The notes below the pieces were generated by a model. The model saw only the letters and a program-made list of their open reading frames with translations, ran no database searches and was not told where the DNA came from. DNA of 64,000 nucleotides from Octopus sinensis. Taxonomy: Eukaryota. Position 1 is the stretch's first letter; every line of letters starts with the position of its first letter. The position numbers and the translations under genes are program-made. Below, one piece after another: positions 1 to 13,736 of this stretch. Location: positions 86,118,001 through 86,182,000 of the forward strand of contig NC_043005.1 of the NCBI RefSeq assembly GCF_006345805.1. The letters run 5' to 3'.

Positions 1-180
1 ATATATATACACGCACACGCACATACATATATATATGTATATTGAAATACATGCACACACATATGCGTCTGTATATATATATATATATGCATGCGTGTGT
101 GCGCGTTTGTATGTGTAGAGAGATGAACCTCCACTAATGGATTGCCGTTCAGACATTCGAGAAAGCAACATCGACAACCA

Positions 181-211
181 TAACAACAACAACAACGACG
201 ACGACGACGAC

Positions 212-250
<39 letters not shown>
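181..250. repeat. Compound trinucleotide microsatellite (AAC)n-(GAC)n-(GAT)n
   Basis: Read directly from the sequence. Confidence 0.95.
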
Positions 251-252
<2 letters not shown>

Positions 253-1033
253 ACATAAAATTAAATGATGACATGAGCGAAGAAGTATTCAAAACATACA
301 AGTAATAAAACGTGAATACATAAATATTAATTAATTAAAAAGATAAATTTGAATGCTGTTCAAAATAGTGAATATTCACTGATATCTAAGCTGTTTTCTT
401 ATTGATTCAATGATTTCTGTTTCTCTTTCAAGTCTTCGTAATTTTTTTCCTTTACTGATTAGCTTTTTTCGTGTTCATATTTTCTTCTTTTTCTTTTCGA
501 TATGTGTTCATATTTTTTTTCATACGTATTTATCTCTATTATATATTATTGGTTTTCATTTTATGCTGGTGTGTGTGAGTATGCATCGGTAAGCGTGTGT
601 GAGCGTGCATAATAACTCATTAATTTTAATCAGGCAATAGTAATTAATGATTAATATATCCATGTCTGACGGAAGTATACCGGGACAGCTAAAGTGTACG
701 CATCAGTTTATTAGCAGCTGATGCCGTCCATTAGTCTATTTAACAGACCATGGCGCAATTACCATAATTCTTGCTCTCTCTTTAATATCCCCCGTCGATA
801 GTTCGACTTTATTTCTATCCATATCACTCTCCAAGTACCTTATTATCTGTCTAAATCACTGTCGTGCTTTATATCATACCCGCTATCTACCTAGCTATAT
901 AACAATATATCCCTGACAATATACAGAATATCACATACACACACACACAAACATATATAAATACCTACGTACACACATATATATGTACATATGTGTGTAT
1001 GTATCTGTATATATATATATATTTATATTACAA

Positions 1034-1263
1034 GGCGGCGAGCTGGCAGAAGCGTTAGCAAGCCGGGCGAAATGCTTAGTGGTATTTCGTCCGTCGTAAC
1101 GTTCTGAGTTCAAATTCCGCTGAGGTCGACTTTGCCTTTCATCCTTTCGGGGTCGATAAATAAAGTACCAGTTTCGCACTGGGGTCAATGTAATCAACTT
1201 AATCCGTTTGTCTGTCCTTGTTTGTCCTCTTTATGTTTAGCCCCTTGTGGGTAGTAAAGAAAT
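1034..1263 (+). mobile_element. tRNA-derived SINE, family A
   Basis: A-box-like TGGCAGAAGCGTTAG, B-box-like GAGTTCAAATTCC, central GTCGACTTTGCCTTTCATCCTTTCGGGGTCGATAAA, tail TTTAGCCCCTTGTGGGTAGTAAAGAAATA. Near-identical copies at 31276, 34296, 51103 and 57895. Confidence 0.9.
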
Positions 1264-1303
1264 ATATATAATAATATTACACACACGCACACATGCATGT
1301 AAT

Positions 1304-1338
<35 letters not shown>

Positions 1339-2077
1339 TCGTGCGTGTCGAAAGGTTTTTTTCTGATCCACCATACAGTTCTGCATGATCTGTACGTGCT
1401 CTGGTTTGGCTATTACAATATCTATAACCCATATCTGAGATCCTGACAGGTTCTAGGGTGCGGTTTAGAGTATACCTAGGAATAGTATTGGTTAAGAGAC
1501 GATACCTAAAAACCTTGGAGAACCCCAAGTAGGGCCCTATTACCGGATAATTTAAACTTATATACACGTAAACAACAAGGGCAAAACAAAAACAAAACAG
1601 AAAAACAACAAAAGCTATCCTCTGTAGTCGTGGCATGTGCAGATGAGATATTTCCTTTAGCAAAAGACCAACCTAACTGCAACCCTAGTAAGATGTCACG
1701 TGGTGTCACTATCGGAACATCTAACGAGGAAGAGTTGCATTGGTCCGGGCAAGACAACTGACCGAATGACGATGGTCTTCCTAACAACTGACAGTCTTCC
1801 CTGAGTTTCTGCTCAAAATGGCGTGTCCACGACAACCGTAAGTGGGACGATATTTGCCACAATAAACATAACTATTCTCACGGCCCTATGTCTTCGGTTC
1901 TGTATAACATTATGAATGGACGTTGTGGAATATGTATCTTTTGTATAATGTTCAACTCTTCCAATTTGCTCGCAATCACGACGCACACATACAACTACTT
2001 ATAGAATTAATATATGTTATTGCATGTGGTATGTGTGTGTGTGTGTGCGTGTTGTGTGTGAGTGCATCCACTTTATG

Positions 2078-2137
<60 letters not shown>

Positions 2138-2332
2138 CCGCGTGTGTACCGTGGCGATTTTTTTCCTTCGTCTTCCTTCTTTGGATCATTCAGTTTCCTA
2201 TGTTTCTGACGAAGAGCTCCGCTCGAAACGTTAAACCTCTTTCTTTCATTCTTTCCTAAGCGTCCAATAACACTATACTTGTTCACGTCCTCGCCCTGTG
2301 TTTCTCTTGTGTTTCATGTTTGGATTAACTAT
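2138..2332 (+). mobile_element. Short Penelope-like terminal-repeat module carrying a hammerhead motif
   Basis: Follows a (TA)n tract and contains the hammerhead core at 2202-2236. Shares TTCCTAAGCGT downstream of the motif with the related module at 47757-47940. Confidence 0.6.
2202..2236 (+). ncRNA. Minimal type I hammerhead ribozyme motif
   Basis: GTTT-CTGACGA-A-GAGC-tcc-GCTC-GAAAC-GTT-AAAC. Helix I GTTT/AAAC, intact CUGANGA core, helix II GAGC/GCTC, loop-less palindromic ACGT helix III. Confidence 0.65.
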
Positions 2333-2442
2333 ATATACATTCTAATATTATCTATATATATATATATATATATATATATAACCGAAGAGATGGTATTGTG
2401 GATTTCCATTTCGGCATCCGAAACATATTAATTTACAGATAT

Positions 2443-2502
<60 letters not shown>

Positions 2503-3021
2503 GAATGAATGGAATCTCGAGCGCTGTGAAAAAAGCGTAGAGAGTTGAATAAAATGCATTTATAGGCGGAAAAACGTGGCCAGCAAACCTCTGCAAAGAA
2601 CAATACCACACAAAGTTCAATTCGCATCTCTGTCTTGGTTCGCTGGCACAAATTCTATAAGAGCATTTTAACGATCCTCTAAAGTATTTACACACATACT
2701 TTTCTGCGTTCGAGATTTTCTTCATTTCTATAATACTAAATCACTCGACTTTCCAATGTTTATTTATGCAAATATGCTTTGTAAATATTTTGGGATGTCA
2801 TTTGTTGCGATATTCGGAAAATACAATAACAGTAAAAATTCTGAATATTAAGATTTTAGCTTTCATTTGTTCAGTGACATCTTCCACAGATAATATCCAT
2901 AGTATTCCAGCGTTCTTCAGAATTGTTACCAGAATGCTAATCAGGGTCACATTCCTCCACTCACAAGAGTACATGAAACCAGCCTTATGAGCAGGTGGCT
3001 CGGAAAGCCTATTTCTCCAGT

Positions 3022-3084
<63 letters not shown>

Positions 3085-3120
3085 GTGACATATATATATA
3101 TGCATATATACATATCTTCA

Positions 3121-3450
3121 TATATATATAAAACTGAGAATGTGTGTCTGTCTGTCTGTCTGTGTGTTTCCCTAAAACTTGAGAACTACACAACCAACTT
3201 CATTCAAATTTTACACATGCCTTTCTTAGGGTTCGGGGAGTGTCAACGCCAAAAAATTTTACTTTTTGCCAAGGGCGAGCCCACAGCAATATCATATCTT
3301 CTCCACTACGATTCCCTAAAAATTGAGAACCAATTTCATTCAAATTTTACACATGCCTTACTTAGGGTCAATGTAGTTTCATGGGCAAAAAAATGTTCAA
3401 CCTCTTGCCTAGAGCGAGCCCATAGCAATATCATATCTTCTCCACTATTT
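3121..3450 (+). mobile_element. Probable non-autonomous Helitron-like element 5' region with an internal tandem duplication of about 135 bp
   Basis: ATATATAAAA followed by GTCTGTCT, like the start of the Helitron at 62924. The block CCCTAAAA...TTCATTCAAATTTTACACATGCCTT...GCGAGCCCA.AGCAATATCATATCTTCTCCACTA occurs twice (about 3170-3310 and 3313-3448). No 3' CTAG end found. Confidence 0.45.
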
Positions 3451-4721
3451 CAGTATTACGTGTTAAAAGTGAAACAAAAATATTTCTCTCTTTTATGTCA
3501 GATGCTTTCACTTTAACAATAAAAATAATAATAATAACAATTGAATTATATGTAGTAAGTAATAATTAAAATCAAACTAATGTATAATATAATCGTAACA
3601 TAACAAAAGTAAAAATAGCAATTGGTATAAAATTGCATCAATGACTTGAACTTGAATAAGTGGTTTCACATGAATGGGAATAAATTAAAAATAAAATTAG
3701 CGTGCAGAAATGGAATAGTCCAGATGGATAATAAAAAATTAGATTAAAGAAAAGACTATCGTCTATAAAGTATACAACGTAGAGAAAAAAGAAAAGCTAA
3801 CAATTCCAGTCTGTTATATATTTTGAATATTGTTATCACTAGCGATATCAAGATATAACTTTGTATTTTGCATTTTATGTGTAGATGTTTATATATAGAG
3901 ATGTACATGTAATATGTACACATATATATACACATATATACAGCACTAGCACTATGACCTGGCAACGACGGGTCTTTATGCTAGTATATATATTACATAT
4001 ATCTATATATATATTATATATATATATGTGTGTGTGGTGTGTGTATGCATATATACATACGTACATACATGCATATACATACGCACATGCATATCTTTTC
4101 TCAAGTTTATAAGGATTTGTAAATAATTTACGTTGTTGTGTTTTTTTTGTGTTTTCATGTTTGGATTAATTTTACGTACATACATACATACATACATACA
4201 TACATACTATATATATATATATATATTATATATTATATATATATATATATATATGCATGTACGCGTGTTGTGTTTGTGTGCGCGCGTGAGTCTGTGTGTA
4301 CAGAATACGCAAACGGGCATAAAATAATTTACATCCTCATGAACATGAATTTGCAATAAATTTCACCCCAGGATCACTATTGATTCCCGTGATCATTATA
4401 TGTTATGTTGTTATTCTTAAAGCCTTCTAGAAATAGTAATCTTAGTTGTGGTAATTGTAAACAGTTCACATTTACCAAAAAGAAAGAAAAAACAATCATT
4501 GAAGTTCTCATAGAAGAGTTTTCTAAACAAAATATTAATTTGCACTTTAGTGTTACATTCCATCTGAATGAATCCTTTTCGGCATCTGGTGAATAAAATT
4601 CTGAAACAAAAATGTCATTATAAAATTCAGATGCAAGCAAAATCGAAAATTTTGATTTTAGAAGCATAAACAATCAGAAATATTCACTGTGGAGATGTAC
4701 CGCAGTTTGACAAGCGTGGGC

Positions 4722-5028
4722 TTTGTGAGTGTTTATTGAGCGAAAGCACCTAAAAGCTCCACGAGGCCCCAGCAGGGGATGGTGGTGATCCCTGCTGTAC
4801 TTTTTCACCACAACTTTCTCTCACTCTTACTTCCTGTTTCTGTTGTACCTGTATTTCAAGGGGCCGGCCTTGTCACTCTCTGTGTCACGCTGAATAGCCC
4901 CGAGAACTACGTTAAGGGTGCACGTGTCTGTGGAGTGCTCAGCCACTTACACGTTAATTTCACGAGCAGGCTGTTCCGTTGATTCGGATCAACCGGAACC
5001 CTCATCGTCGTAACCGACGGAGTGCTTC
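4722..5028 (+). mobile_element. SINE family B, 5'-truncated
   Basis: Aligns along its length to the full copies at 35093-35465 (+) and 51612-51985 (-). Confidence 0.85.
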
Positions 5029-6719
5029 CAACAGAATACTTTATATGGCAACATTAAAAAGAAACTACAGTGCATGGTTACAGAAGAGGCTATGGATGCA
5101 CGTATTCATGACCGATGGTTCTTGACGTTGGTTGTCCATCAGTTAGATGCAATCAACAATTCGGTGCAGAAATGTTTGCTTGGGATCCCCGGCGAGGATG
5201 GAATTACAAGGCGAGAAGCGGTGCAAGGAGAGAAATGTACACAAACGAATACAGAAGGTCCACGTGAGTATAGTTACTCAGAGATACAAAGAAAACACGT
5301 ACACAAACACCTACGCAAACGCAAAAACACAGACTTATATACATTCATATATATGTATTCCTCATCCTCTGTGCATTACTGTCTGTGTACATATATATAC
5401 GTACACATATGTACACACACACATATATATATATATATGAGTGTGTGTGTGTATATGCGTAATCATATATACACATAGACTCGTAGATAGGTAGATATAC
5501 ATATAGGTATGTATATATACACGTGTATATTCATATGTATATATATATACATATATGTATACATATGTATTATATAATTATAATTATATAATATATATAT
5601 CTTATATATATAATATATATATATAATGTGTGTGTGTGGGGGTGTGTGTGGTGTGTGTGTGTGTGTATGTGTGTGTGTATATATATGACTGTATCAATTT
5701 TATTTCTATCACTATCATTCTATCCCCGCCCATAATTTTTATTCATTTCATTTAATTTATTATTATTATTGTTATTATTGTTGTTTTTATCATCATTATT
5801 ATTAGTATTAGTAGTAGTAGTATGAGTAATATTATTATTATTGTTACTATTATTATTTTGTTTTGTAATATTTTCTCTCAATTATTTCCTCTTATTTCAG
5901 ATAACTTCTTTTATTTTTTCAACTGAACCAAAAACACCGTACTTCTCTTCCTCCGGTTCTGTTTGTTTGCTTATACGTCTGATTGCTTTTTGCAAATCGC
6001 AAGAGAGCCAAAGTCTCAAACGCAGATTTCAGTTTATTTGGTCAGGCAAAGTAAAATGAAATTTCGAAAATATAAAATTGAAAAGAGAATAGTGGGTATG
6101 GTGTAGGAAATAGAGAGAACGTATTTGAAACATAAAATTCAAAAAAAAAATAATAATAAATAAATAATAATTAAGGGAAAAGATAGAAAGAATATGCAAC
6201 AAACACATCTACGCCATCGGCTATGAAAAACATTAAGGGGGGTGTTTGTTAGTTGCTTCTTGTTTTCTTTGTATCTTGTTTTGTTATATGTGATGGGATC
6301 ACTTATTTGAATATTATTTAAATTTTTTGTTTCATGGGCATAGGCATTACTGTATACATAACTATCTCACCATATATACATATGTATATATGGGTGTGTC
6401 TGTGTATATGTGAGTGTATATATATATATATATAATATATATATATAATATATATATATAAATGGATATAGACTTGGATGAGGAAGAAAAATTTCAAACA
6501 AACCCCCTCATATGGATAAGCAAATATACACATGCATATTTATACATATTTATGTGTAGCATATATATATATATATATATACAATATATATATAAATAAA
6601 TATATATACATACATGCATACGTGTATGTATATAGATGTCAGTAAACACAGAAACACGCCCACACTCACAGATACATACACACCTCGATTTATACTTCAA
6701 TTTATGAATGAATATATGA

Positions 6720-6768
<49 letters not shown>

Positions 6769-6770
<2 letters not shown>

Positions 6771-7323
6771 GCCCTGATGCAGTACAAGGCAATGACTCTC
6801 GTGGCTTCTGATCTTAACTGATTGGAAGTGTTATCATGTACATTGTTTTGTTTTGTTAAAAAAGATGGGCTACAGCAAATATTCTGCTCAATACCACAGA
6901 TTTCCTTGTCGGTTGTTTGACCTTAACCAGTTGAGCATGTCCCTTAGTGGCTGATGATATGTGCATCTCTGATCACGAGCAGAAGTAGTGGGGGAGCGTC
7001 AGAGCCATGTGTTGAGAGGGATTCTTTGGGGTTTGAATAATTCACCTTTGGAGACATGGGTGTTTCGTTCAACGTCCTTAAACAACTTATATCGAGGGAC
7101 CTGTTCAGTAGGATGGCTAACTCGACCAGAAGAAAATCCTTATTGGGCCCCACCTGCAAGGTCATGTGCTGTTTATTTTGATATGAGATCACCATGTCGC
7201 ACACATATGTTTGTGATGCATGTGCCTAGTCTACCGTTATCAGATGGGTAGTCATTTGGGTATTCTGGTTTTTGTATATTTTACCCCAGTGTCACTTTGA
7301 TGGCATACACTGCTCTCTCATTC
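6769..7323. mobile_element. Unclassified interspersed repeat of about 550 bp (family D) embedded in (AAT)n
   Basis: Colinear with copies at 9213-9754 and 28037-28585; (AAT)n on both sides. Confidence 0.85.
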
Positions 7324-7377
<54 letters not shown>

Positions 7378-7390
7378 GATGATAATAATA

Positions 7391-7439
<49 letters not shown>

Positions 7440-7450
7440 CGATAATGATG

Positions 7451-7505
<55 letters not shown>

Positions 7506-7625
7506 CAACAATAACAATAACAATAATAATGATGATAATGATGATGATGATGATGATGATGGTGGGGTTAGTGGTGGTGGTGGTGGTGGTGGTGGTGACG
7601 ATGATGATGATGATGATGATGATGA
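7324..7625. repeat. Compound (AAT)n/(GAT)n/(GGT)n microsatellite
   Basis: Read directly; source of the poly-N, poly-I and poly-L ORFs. Confidence 0.95.
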
Positions 7626-9101
7626 GGCAATACGAAAAAGGCAATTCGGTAGACAATTATAGGCCGACATCCTTCTTGCCACCTATGTGGAAATTATGAA
7701 CTGGAATAGTCGCAGAGTCAATATACGGACATCTGAAAAGAAAAATGGCAGAAGGGATGCAAACATAAGTGCAGAGATACAAAGGATCAACTCCTGGTAG
7801 AGAAAACTGTACTTAGAGACTGCAAGAGGAGGAAAGCTAACTTAGCCATGTCATGGATCGATTATTGTAAGGCGTACGATATGATCCCACATTCTTGGAT
7901 TATGGAATGTAGGAACCTATTTGCTATTGCACCAAATGTTGGACGATTGCTTGGAAAAAGTATGGCGAATTGGAGGACGGACCTGACGGCATACGGAAGA
8001 AGCTTAGGGACAGAGAAATTGGGAGGGGCATCTTCCAAGGGGACTGCCTGTCCCTACTGATCTTTGTATTGTGCATAATATCACTAACACTGATTCTGAT
8101 GAAAGCAAAAGCTGGGTACGTGTTCAAAAGCCGCCAACAAAATGTCAACCACTTGCTATTCATGGATGACCTCAATCTTTAGGATTAAGATGAATCTCAA
8201 GTCAGCTCCCTCGTTGATACAGTGTATACTTTCACTGCTGATATCAGAATGGAGTTCGGACTGAGAAAGTGTGATGTGTTAGTCTTGAAAAGAAGCAAAA
8301 TCAATTTCTTAGAGATGTTGAGAATAAGACAGGCAGAAAAAAGATGGCTATGGTTGGCTAAAAGTGATTTAAAACCGGAAACGGAGGTTCTAATCATTGC
8401 TGCCCAAGAGCAACAATTAAGAACGAATTACATCAAATACAAAATAGACAATACATGGAAAAGTGCAGAATTTGTGGAACAAATGGTAAAAACGCATGAC
8501 ATATCACAGTCAATATACGCCTAATGCCCAGAAAGTATATAAGAGACGTCATGATAATATAACAAGGATTGCCTATTGGACATTTTGCAACAAGTATGAA
8601 CTTGACGGAGCAAAATGTGGTATGAACATAAACCCGAAGCATTGTCGAAAATAGAAATGCAAATATCCTATGGGATTAATGATTCACTGCGAATATAAGA
8701 AAGAGAATAGGAAAGCAGACGTAGTGTTAATTGAGAAAGAAAGCAATCTATGCTGGATCATAAATATAGCATGCCCAGCTGAAAACAAGGTATGCGACAA
8801 GCAAGAAAGAAAGGTCGATAGATATGACAGGTTAGCTTGGGAAGATAAGCAGTTGTTGTCGATGAAAAAGGTAGCAGTAGTACCAATAATTGTCGGAGCC
8901 CTGGGAACAGTGAGCAAAATCCTTGAGAAGTACATGGAACAATAGAAGCTGCAATAAGGGTACAGCAGTTGCAGAAAACTGCACTGCTTGGAACCGCTGG
9001 AATACTTCGGATGGTGCTCGAAAAATAAGGGTTGCTATCTAAGTCTACTGGTAGTGAACAGCTGAATTCGTTGTACTTCTGCAGCGTTAGAAACTGTGCA
9101 A

Positions 9102-9102
<1 letters not shown>
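7626..9102 (+). mobile_element. 5'-truncated, decayed R4/Dong-type non-LTR retrotransposon (RT + RLE)
   Basis: RT motifs [39 protein letters not shown]. Downstream LKPETEVLIIAAQEQ, then an RLE-like region ADVVLIEK...IINIACP...KVDRY and VVPIIVGALG. The 3' UTR ends in (AAT)n. Stops and frameshifts present. Confidence 0.85.
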
Positions 9103-9174
<72 letters not shown>

Positions 9175-9212
9175 TAATGATGATGATGATAATAATAATA
9201 ATAATAATAATA

Positions 9213-9754
9213 TACCAGGCAGTGGCTCTCATGGCTTCTGATCTTAACTGATTGGAAGTGTTATCATGTACATTGTTTTGTCTTGGTGTAAAAGATGGGC
9301 TACAGCAAATATTCTGCTCAATACCACAGATTAGCTTGTCAGTTGTTTGACCGTAACCAGTTGAGCATGTCGCTTAGTGGCTGACGATATGTGCATCTCT
9401 GATCACGAGCAGAAGTAGTGGGGGAGCATAATAGCCATGTGTTGAGAGGGATTCTTTGGGGTTTGAATAATTCACCTTTGGAAACATGGGTGGTTCTTTC
9501 AACATCCTTAAACAACCCTTATTCAGGGACCTTTTGAGCGGGATGGGCTACTCAACCTGAAGAAAATACTAACTGAGCCCCACCTGCAAGGTCATGTGCT
9601 GTTTATCTTGATATGAGATCACCATGTCGCGCACATATGGTTGTGATGCATGTGCCCGGTGTACCCTTATCAGACGGGTAGCCATGATGGCTATATTGGG
9701 CTTCGTATATTTTACCCCAGTGTCATTTTGATGGCATGCACTGCTCTCTCACTC
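9213..9754. mobile_element. Family D repeat, copy 2, in (AAT)n
   Basis: Colinear with 6769-7323. Confidence 0.85.
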
Positions 9755-9886
9755 AAAAATAATAATAATAACAATAATAATAATAATAATAATAGTAATA
9801 ATAACAATAATAATAATAATAATAATAACAATAAGGCGGCACTCGAGCATGGCTGTAGTCAAATGACTGAAACAAGTAAAAGTATA

Positions 9887-9933
<47 letters not shown>

Positions 9934-10015
9934 AAATAATCACCCCATTTTGAATTATATGGATAATTTATACTAAATTCTGGTACCATATTTACTGAAT
10001 CTAAATTTTACTGAA

Positions 10016-10069
<54 letters not shown>

Positions 10070-10476
10070 AATACAACAGGCTTCTTTGAATTTCCATCTA
10101 CCAGATCATTCCCTAACAATGTTTCGATCGCCCCGAGCTTATGGCAGGAGAGACTTGCTCAATGTACCATGCAGTTGGACTGAACCCGGAACCGTATCAT
10201 CAGGAGGCAAACTTCATACCGCACAACCATGCCAACACGTATGTTAGTTCTGAAAGCAGTCGTATTGTTTCGCTACATAATTGCTTACATCTATTTTTGT
10301 ATTATGATATAGGAGATATTATGATTTCTATAACGTATGATAGTTAATTTAATCGATGATGGTAATTAATTTGATAAATAATTTAGAAAAATCACAATCA
10401 TTTTTTTAAAGGAACTTTAAAGACATTTGACCCAAGCCGAAAAATGTTAAGCCTCAAATGTCTCATAATAAACCGG

Positions 10477-10773
10477 CCCTCCGTCGGTTGCGACGGCTAG
10501 CACTCCCGTTAATCCAATCCACAGAATAGCCTGCTCCTAAAATTAACAGGCAAGCACCTGAGCTTAACATAGTCCTCAGAGAGATTCGGCGTGGCACAGA
10601 ATGTGACCAGTAAGCTCTGGGAATTACAGGTACAGCACATTTTTGCGAGCTGAGGGTAGTGGAGCATCGTGAAATAAAGTGTCTTGCTGAATGACACAAT
10701 GCCCCGCCGTGACTCGAACTCAAGACCTTATGATTACGAGCCGAACACTTTAACAGTTAAGGCACGCGTCTTC
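10477..10773 (-). mobile_element. SINE family B' (tRNA head + CORE-like middle + family B tail), diverged
   Basis: Minus strand reads GAGTTCGAGTC (B box), CAGCAAGACACTTTATTTCAC, then the family B tail ending GTCGCAACCGACGGAG. Confidence 0.65.
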
Positions 10774-12041
10774 ATTATGTCTCATGATAATCTCAGTTGC
10801 ATAAGACGTAAAAATATGGAAGAGCAAAAGGAACAGGAAAATTATTAACCCAACAAACGAACCAATGGAGAGGAGGATGATAGTATAAAGTCTTTATGAA
10901 TATATTTTGTACGCGAAAACGTATATAAACATATATAGAGTGATTTCCTGTATAATAGAAACAAATGTTAGCAAGGCGAGATGTGGATGAAGAATTGAAT
11001 GAGTTTGGCAGAGCATAACTAATGAAGCGACGGGTGAATAAGGGACAAAACAAAATCTCAAATTCCAGCAGAGCAAAATGGAGAATTCACTTAATCAAAA
11101 AGATGAAATCTGACGGTTATCGCAATAATAAACGAAGATTAATATCGTTACAAATAGATTTCTGTAAAGACAAATTGAGACACCAGGATCTGATAAATTA
11201 TTTAAAGACGAACCACAGCGACATCAGTTACTAAAACAGAAGCAATCGAGTAATGTGTAAAATGAAAGGACGACCACAGTCATGTGGAAAAGATCAGAAA
11301 TAGAGAGCAGAATATTAGCAACTGGTCGGGGAAACCTTTAAATATGACTTAATGAATTAATCTGCTCCGGTGTATATGTGTAAACAAAAATAAGGCAAAG
11401 GACGAGAATCTCTCCTGAAATTGCATTGTCTGAAAAACACGTATTTAGTTCTTGCACACACAAATATATATTGATGTATACATACATATGTGTGTATGCG
11501 TGTGATTATGTGTGCCTATTGGTTCTTTCCATTACTCTCTCTCTCTCTCTCTGTCACTATCGATCTATCAATATCTTTATATATACACACACACACATAC
11601 ATACATATATGTGTGTGCGTGTATACACATATACGTGCAAACACATGCTCATAAGAGAAGGAAGCTAAGCTAGAAAATGCACGTGATATTTGTCGCTTTA
11701 TTTACTATTTACATAAAGATATAAAAAATGTCTGCATGTTCACATTTTCCATAGAAAATTGTAAAACGTTACTTCTGTTGTTGTTTTGTGTACTTGTCTA
11801 GCGATGGAGAGTAATCTTTTGTCTTCTAGCGCAAGAAAACTACGCAAATGTTGACTGACCAGCGCCAGACATCTACACGCACAGAACTTTATTAGCATTT
11901 CGTTAGGTATATATCAATTTTAATATTAGTTTACTATATAAATAACGAAAAAATAGCTGCCCTTTTTGATATATATTCTCTACTATTATAAGTATATTTC
12001 TCTGTTTACTTACACACACACACACACACCACACACACACG

Positions 12042-12073
<32 letters not shown>

Positions 12074-12126
12074 CACACACAACTACTCACACTTCATACC
12101 ACTACGCTCTAAAAGAAATTACAATC

Positions 12127-12345
12127 CGTCGATTACGACGATGATGATCCCAATTAATCCGATTGATGAAACAGCCAGCTCGTGAAATTAACGTGCAAGT
12201 GGCTGAGTACTCCACAGGCACGTGTACCCCTAACATAATTCTGGGAGAGATTCAGCGTGACACAGCATGTGACAAGAATTACAAGTACTACTCATTTTTT
12301 GCCCCCAGGGATCGAACTCAGGACCTCACGACCGTGAGCCACATC
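12127..12345 (-). mobile_element. SINE family B'-like copy with an internal deletion
   Basis: Minus strand has B box GAGTTCGATCCC followed by the family B tail (GTACACGTG...CAGCCACTTGCACGTTAATTTCACGAG). Confidence 0.65.
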
Positions 12346-12837
12346 GAGGTACTGCAAATCCATACACGTAACACAGAATATATTTTTGGTGACCTTCTTT
12401 TTAAAAGTAGTTTAATGAAGATTTATCATTTCAGGCAGACCATATTGAAGTCAGTCCGAAATCCATATTCCTGCAAGGAGTGGTTTTATTTCTAACGCCA
12501 TCTTGCTATAAATGAGCCGGACCTCTTCGGTCGAGTGTTTGGTTTGCAGAAACACAAAACGGAATGGTGTCATCGAGTCCCCACATCAGATACATATATA
12601 CATACGTATACAAACACACTCATCCACACACACACACACTCACACACATGCGCACATGCGAAGGCAGACACACATATATGTATATATAACACACACACAT
12701 ATATACATTATATACATATGTTATCCACACAAAAATATACACATTTAATATTCATGTATATTCACATCATTAAAGTATGTATATATATATGTATATATAT
12801 GTGTGTCTATGTGTGTATGTGTGTGTGTGTGTGTGAG

Positions 12838-12881
<44 letters not shown>

Positions 12882-13736
12882 AATAACATGCATACATATC
12901 CTTACATATGGATATATATTTATATGTATGTATATGTGTGTATGCGTGCTTGTGTCTATACGTTTCTTTTATTGGGTGTACGTATACATGAATGTACACA
13001 CGTCTATGTATATTAGTCTCTTTTAGGATGAACAACTCATTTAAAACATATTGATTGAATATACATTTAAAAGATTATTATCATAATATTTTTGTTAATT
13101 TTCGCATTTTTTTCTAATGCGATTTTCTTGTAAGCTCGTAACTCAAATATTTACTTATTTAAGTCACCTTGATTTTTTTTTCTGTATCTCATGATTTTTC
13201 GCTGATTCATTTTATGGAATTGCATTTAAGTTACCGTGTACGAGAATGTGTCCATTTGTATGTATATGAACGTAGAGAAACACAAGGCAGCCACGTGTGT
13301 ATGTGAATGTTTATATAAGAAATCAATAACTCATTATTTTCCTTTTGAAAAGGCAGTGAGTTGGCAAAACAAGAGAATGTTTGACTAAATGCCTTTCAGA
13401 ATCGATTTGTAGTGAGACCACAGTTTAATAGGACTAAACTCTTGGCAATCCGTTACTCATTCTGAAAATTCTGTTTGTCTTCCTACACATCAATTACACA
13501 AATAAAGCCCCAGACGAACGCCGAATATTTATTTACTCGTAGATTTACCTGTTTCCATCACCCCTGCTGGAAATAAAATAGTTAATCTCTCTCAAATCAC
13601 ACCCTACTATCAAAAATTAGGAAGAACTGAATGGACGGTATAGTCCTAGATAAACAAGTACTCGTTCGCTATCAATTATATATTTACTAAGTCTATACTG
13701 AGCTCAAATACTCAGTCTCTGTTGTATACCGGTCAA

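Noticed and set aside
1740-1875. Plus-frame peptide ...PNN...C...KWDDICHNKHNY reminiscent of a C-type lectin end
   Set aside because: Two in-frame stops, wrong WND-x-x-C spacing and no final cysteine.
2382-2430. CCGAAGA-GATG...CATC-C-GAAACATAT, a hammerhead-like trace
   Set aside because: U4 is altered, helix II is out of register, and there is no valid triplet or helix I; too degenerate to call.
5900-6059. Acceptor-like TTATTTCAG followed by an open frame
   Set aside because: Weak donor, unrecognisable peptide, and the frame depends on an upstream (TAT)n tract.
9379-9420. CTGACGA in family D repeats
   Set aside because: No GAAA follows a helix II and no helix I or III can be formed.
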